Notes under the pieces: generated by a model
What the model was told of the DNA's origin: nothing
The model's database searches: none
The model's input: the letters and a program-made list of their open reading frames with translations, nothing else
Program-made: the position numbers and the translations under genes
Part shown: piece by piece, positions 63,587 through 64,000 of the stretch
Layout of the letters: each line of letters begins with the position of its first letter
How positions within the stretch are numbered: the stretch's first letter is position 1
DNA from: Lachnospiraceae bacterium
GTDB taxonomy: Bacteria; Bacillota; Clostridia; Lachnospirales; Lachnospiraceae
NCBI GenBank assembly: GCA_021202635.1
Contig: JAJQCQ010000079.1
Location: forward strand, 378 to 64,377
DNA: 64,000 nucleotides
Direction of reading: 5' to 3'

Positions 63587-64000
63587 TCAGGCATAGAACG
63601 CGTCCAGTGCATCCTGTACGCTCTGTTTCCAGGTCTCCTGGAACTGAGCTGCTGTCATGGTGCCGTCAAGCAGCGCTGTCCAATCCCATTCCAGACTCAG
63701 CGAATTCCAAAGGTCGAAGCCGCCCTTCTCGCCGTTATATGCCATTACCTCAAGATTTTCTTCCGTAATCGCACAGTCTTCCCACCATGTCAGGTCGCCA
63801 TCGCGGAGCTCTACATCACCGTGGTACCAGTTCTGCCACATTTCAAATACATTGTAAACAAATTCCGGATCCTCTACGCCGGTCGGGATCATCCACGCGT
63901 TACCGGAAGATACGTTCTTCGTTGCATTTGTTTCCTGATCTCCGCTCGGACCAATCGGGAACTGTACCCATGTCACGTCAAAATCAAGTGCATAATCCTC
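63587..64000 (-). CDS. ABC-transporter extracellular solute-binding protein, C-terminal part (5' end outside window)
   Basis: The frame is open to nt 64000. The C-terminal sequence ...WQNWYHGDV...LSLEWDWTALLDGTMTAAQFQETWKQSVQDALDAFYA is typical of sugar-binding SBPs. Confidence 0.55.
   Translation of the reverse strand, partial: EDYALDFDVTWVQFPIGPSGDQETNATKNVSSGNAWMIPTGVEDPEFVYNVFEMWQNWYHGDVELRDGDLTWWEDCAITEENLEVMAYNGEKGGFDLWNSLSLEWDWTALLDGTMTAAQFQETWKQSVQDALDAFYA

Overview
This 64-kb chromosomal window looks like a Clostridia (Lachnospiraceae-type) Firmicute. That call is an inference from GGAGG-type RBSs, a CIRCE-like operator, a sortase sorting signal, and BspA-type LRR and cell-wall-binding-repeat surface proteins. 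All family assignments are by-eye motif recognition; no searches were run.

nt 1-21.6k is an accessory island. A ~14-kb, tightly coupled minus-strand operon (2714-16813) encodes:
- a TIR-Sel1 protein and a zinc-ribbon-Sel1 protein
- a Vps4-like classic AAA+ ATPase
- two ESCRT-III/PspA-like coiled-coil proteins
- a 4-TM protein
- a ~1715-aa transglutaminase / DUF4011 / SF1-helicase / REase-like giant
- unknown upstream genes (a 92-aa ORF and two ORF pieces split at an A7 tract)

Two plus-strand paralogous giants with RyR-like domains bracket the operon. One of them (17050-20280) ends in a Card1-like sensor-nuclease module. I consider this island the candidate undescribed conflict/defence system. 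A ~33-nt motif with a TTTCATGAAA palindrome recurs in two divergent promoter regions of the island.

The rest of the window holds:
- secreted/surface proteins (SH3b-Big2, CAP-FN3, two LRR proteins)
- a RecD2-DUF4186 fusion, hsp20, a Crp/Fnr regulator, a D-2-hydroxyacid dehydrogenase and PNPOx-like proteins
- a tannase-like hydrolase, a LacI-GH5 sugar locus, a GNAT and an LMW-PTP
- a decayed mobile region (50.8-57.2k): serine recombinase, broken phosphoesterase, IS1380 remnant with an in-frame TAA, and a Tn916-type tyrosine integrase flanked by direct repeats

I recognised no rRNA, tRNA or CRISPR array. At least four genes are split at short homopolymers, so assembly indel error is a real alternative to pseudogenisation.
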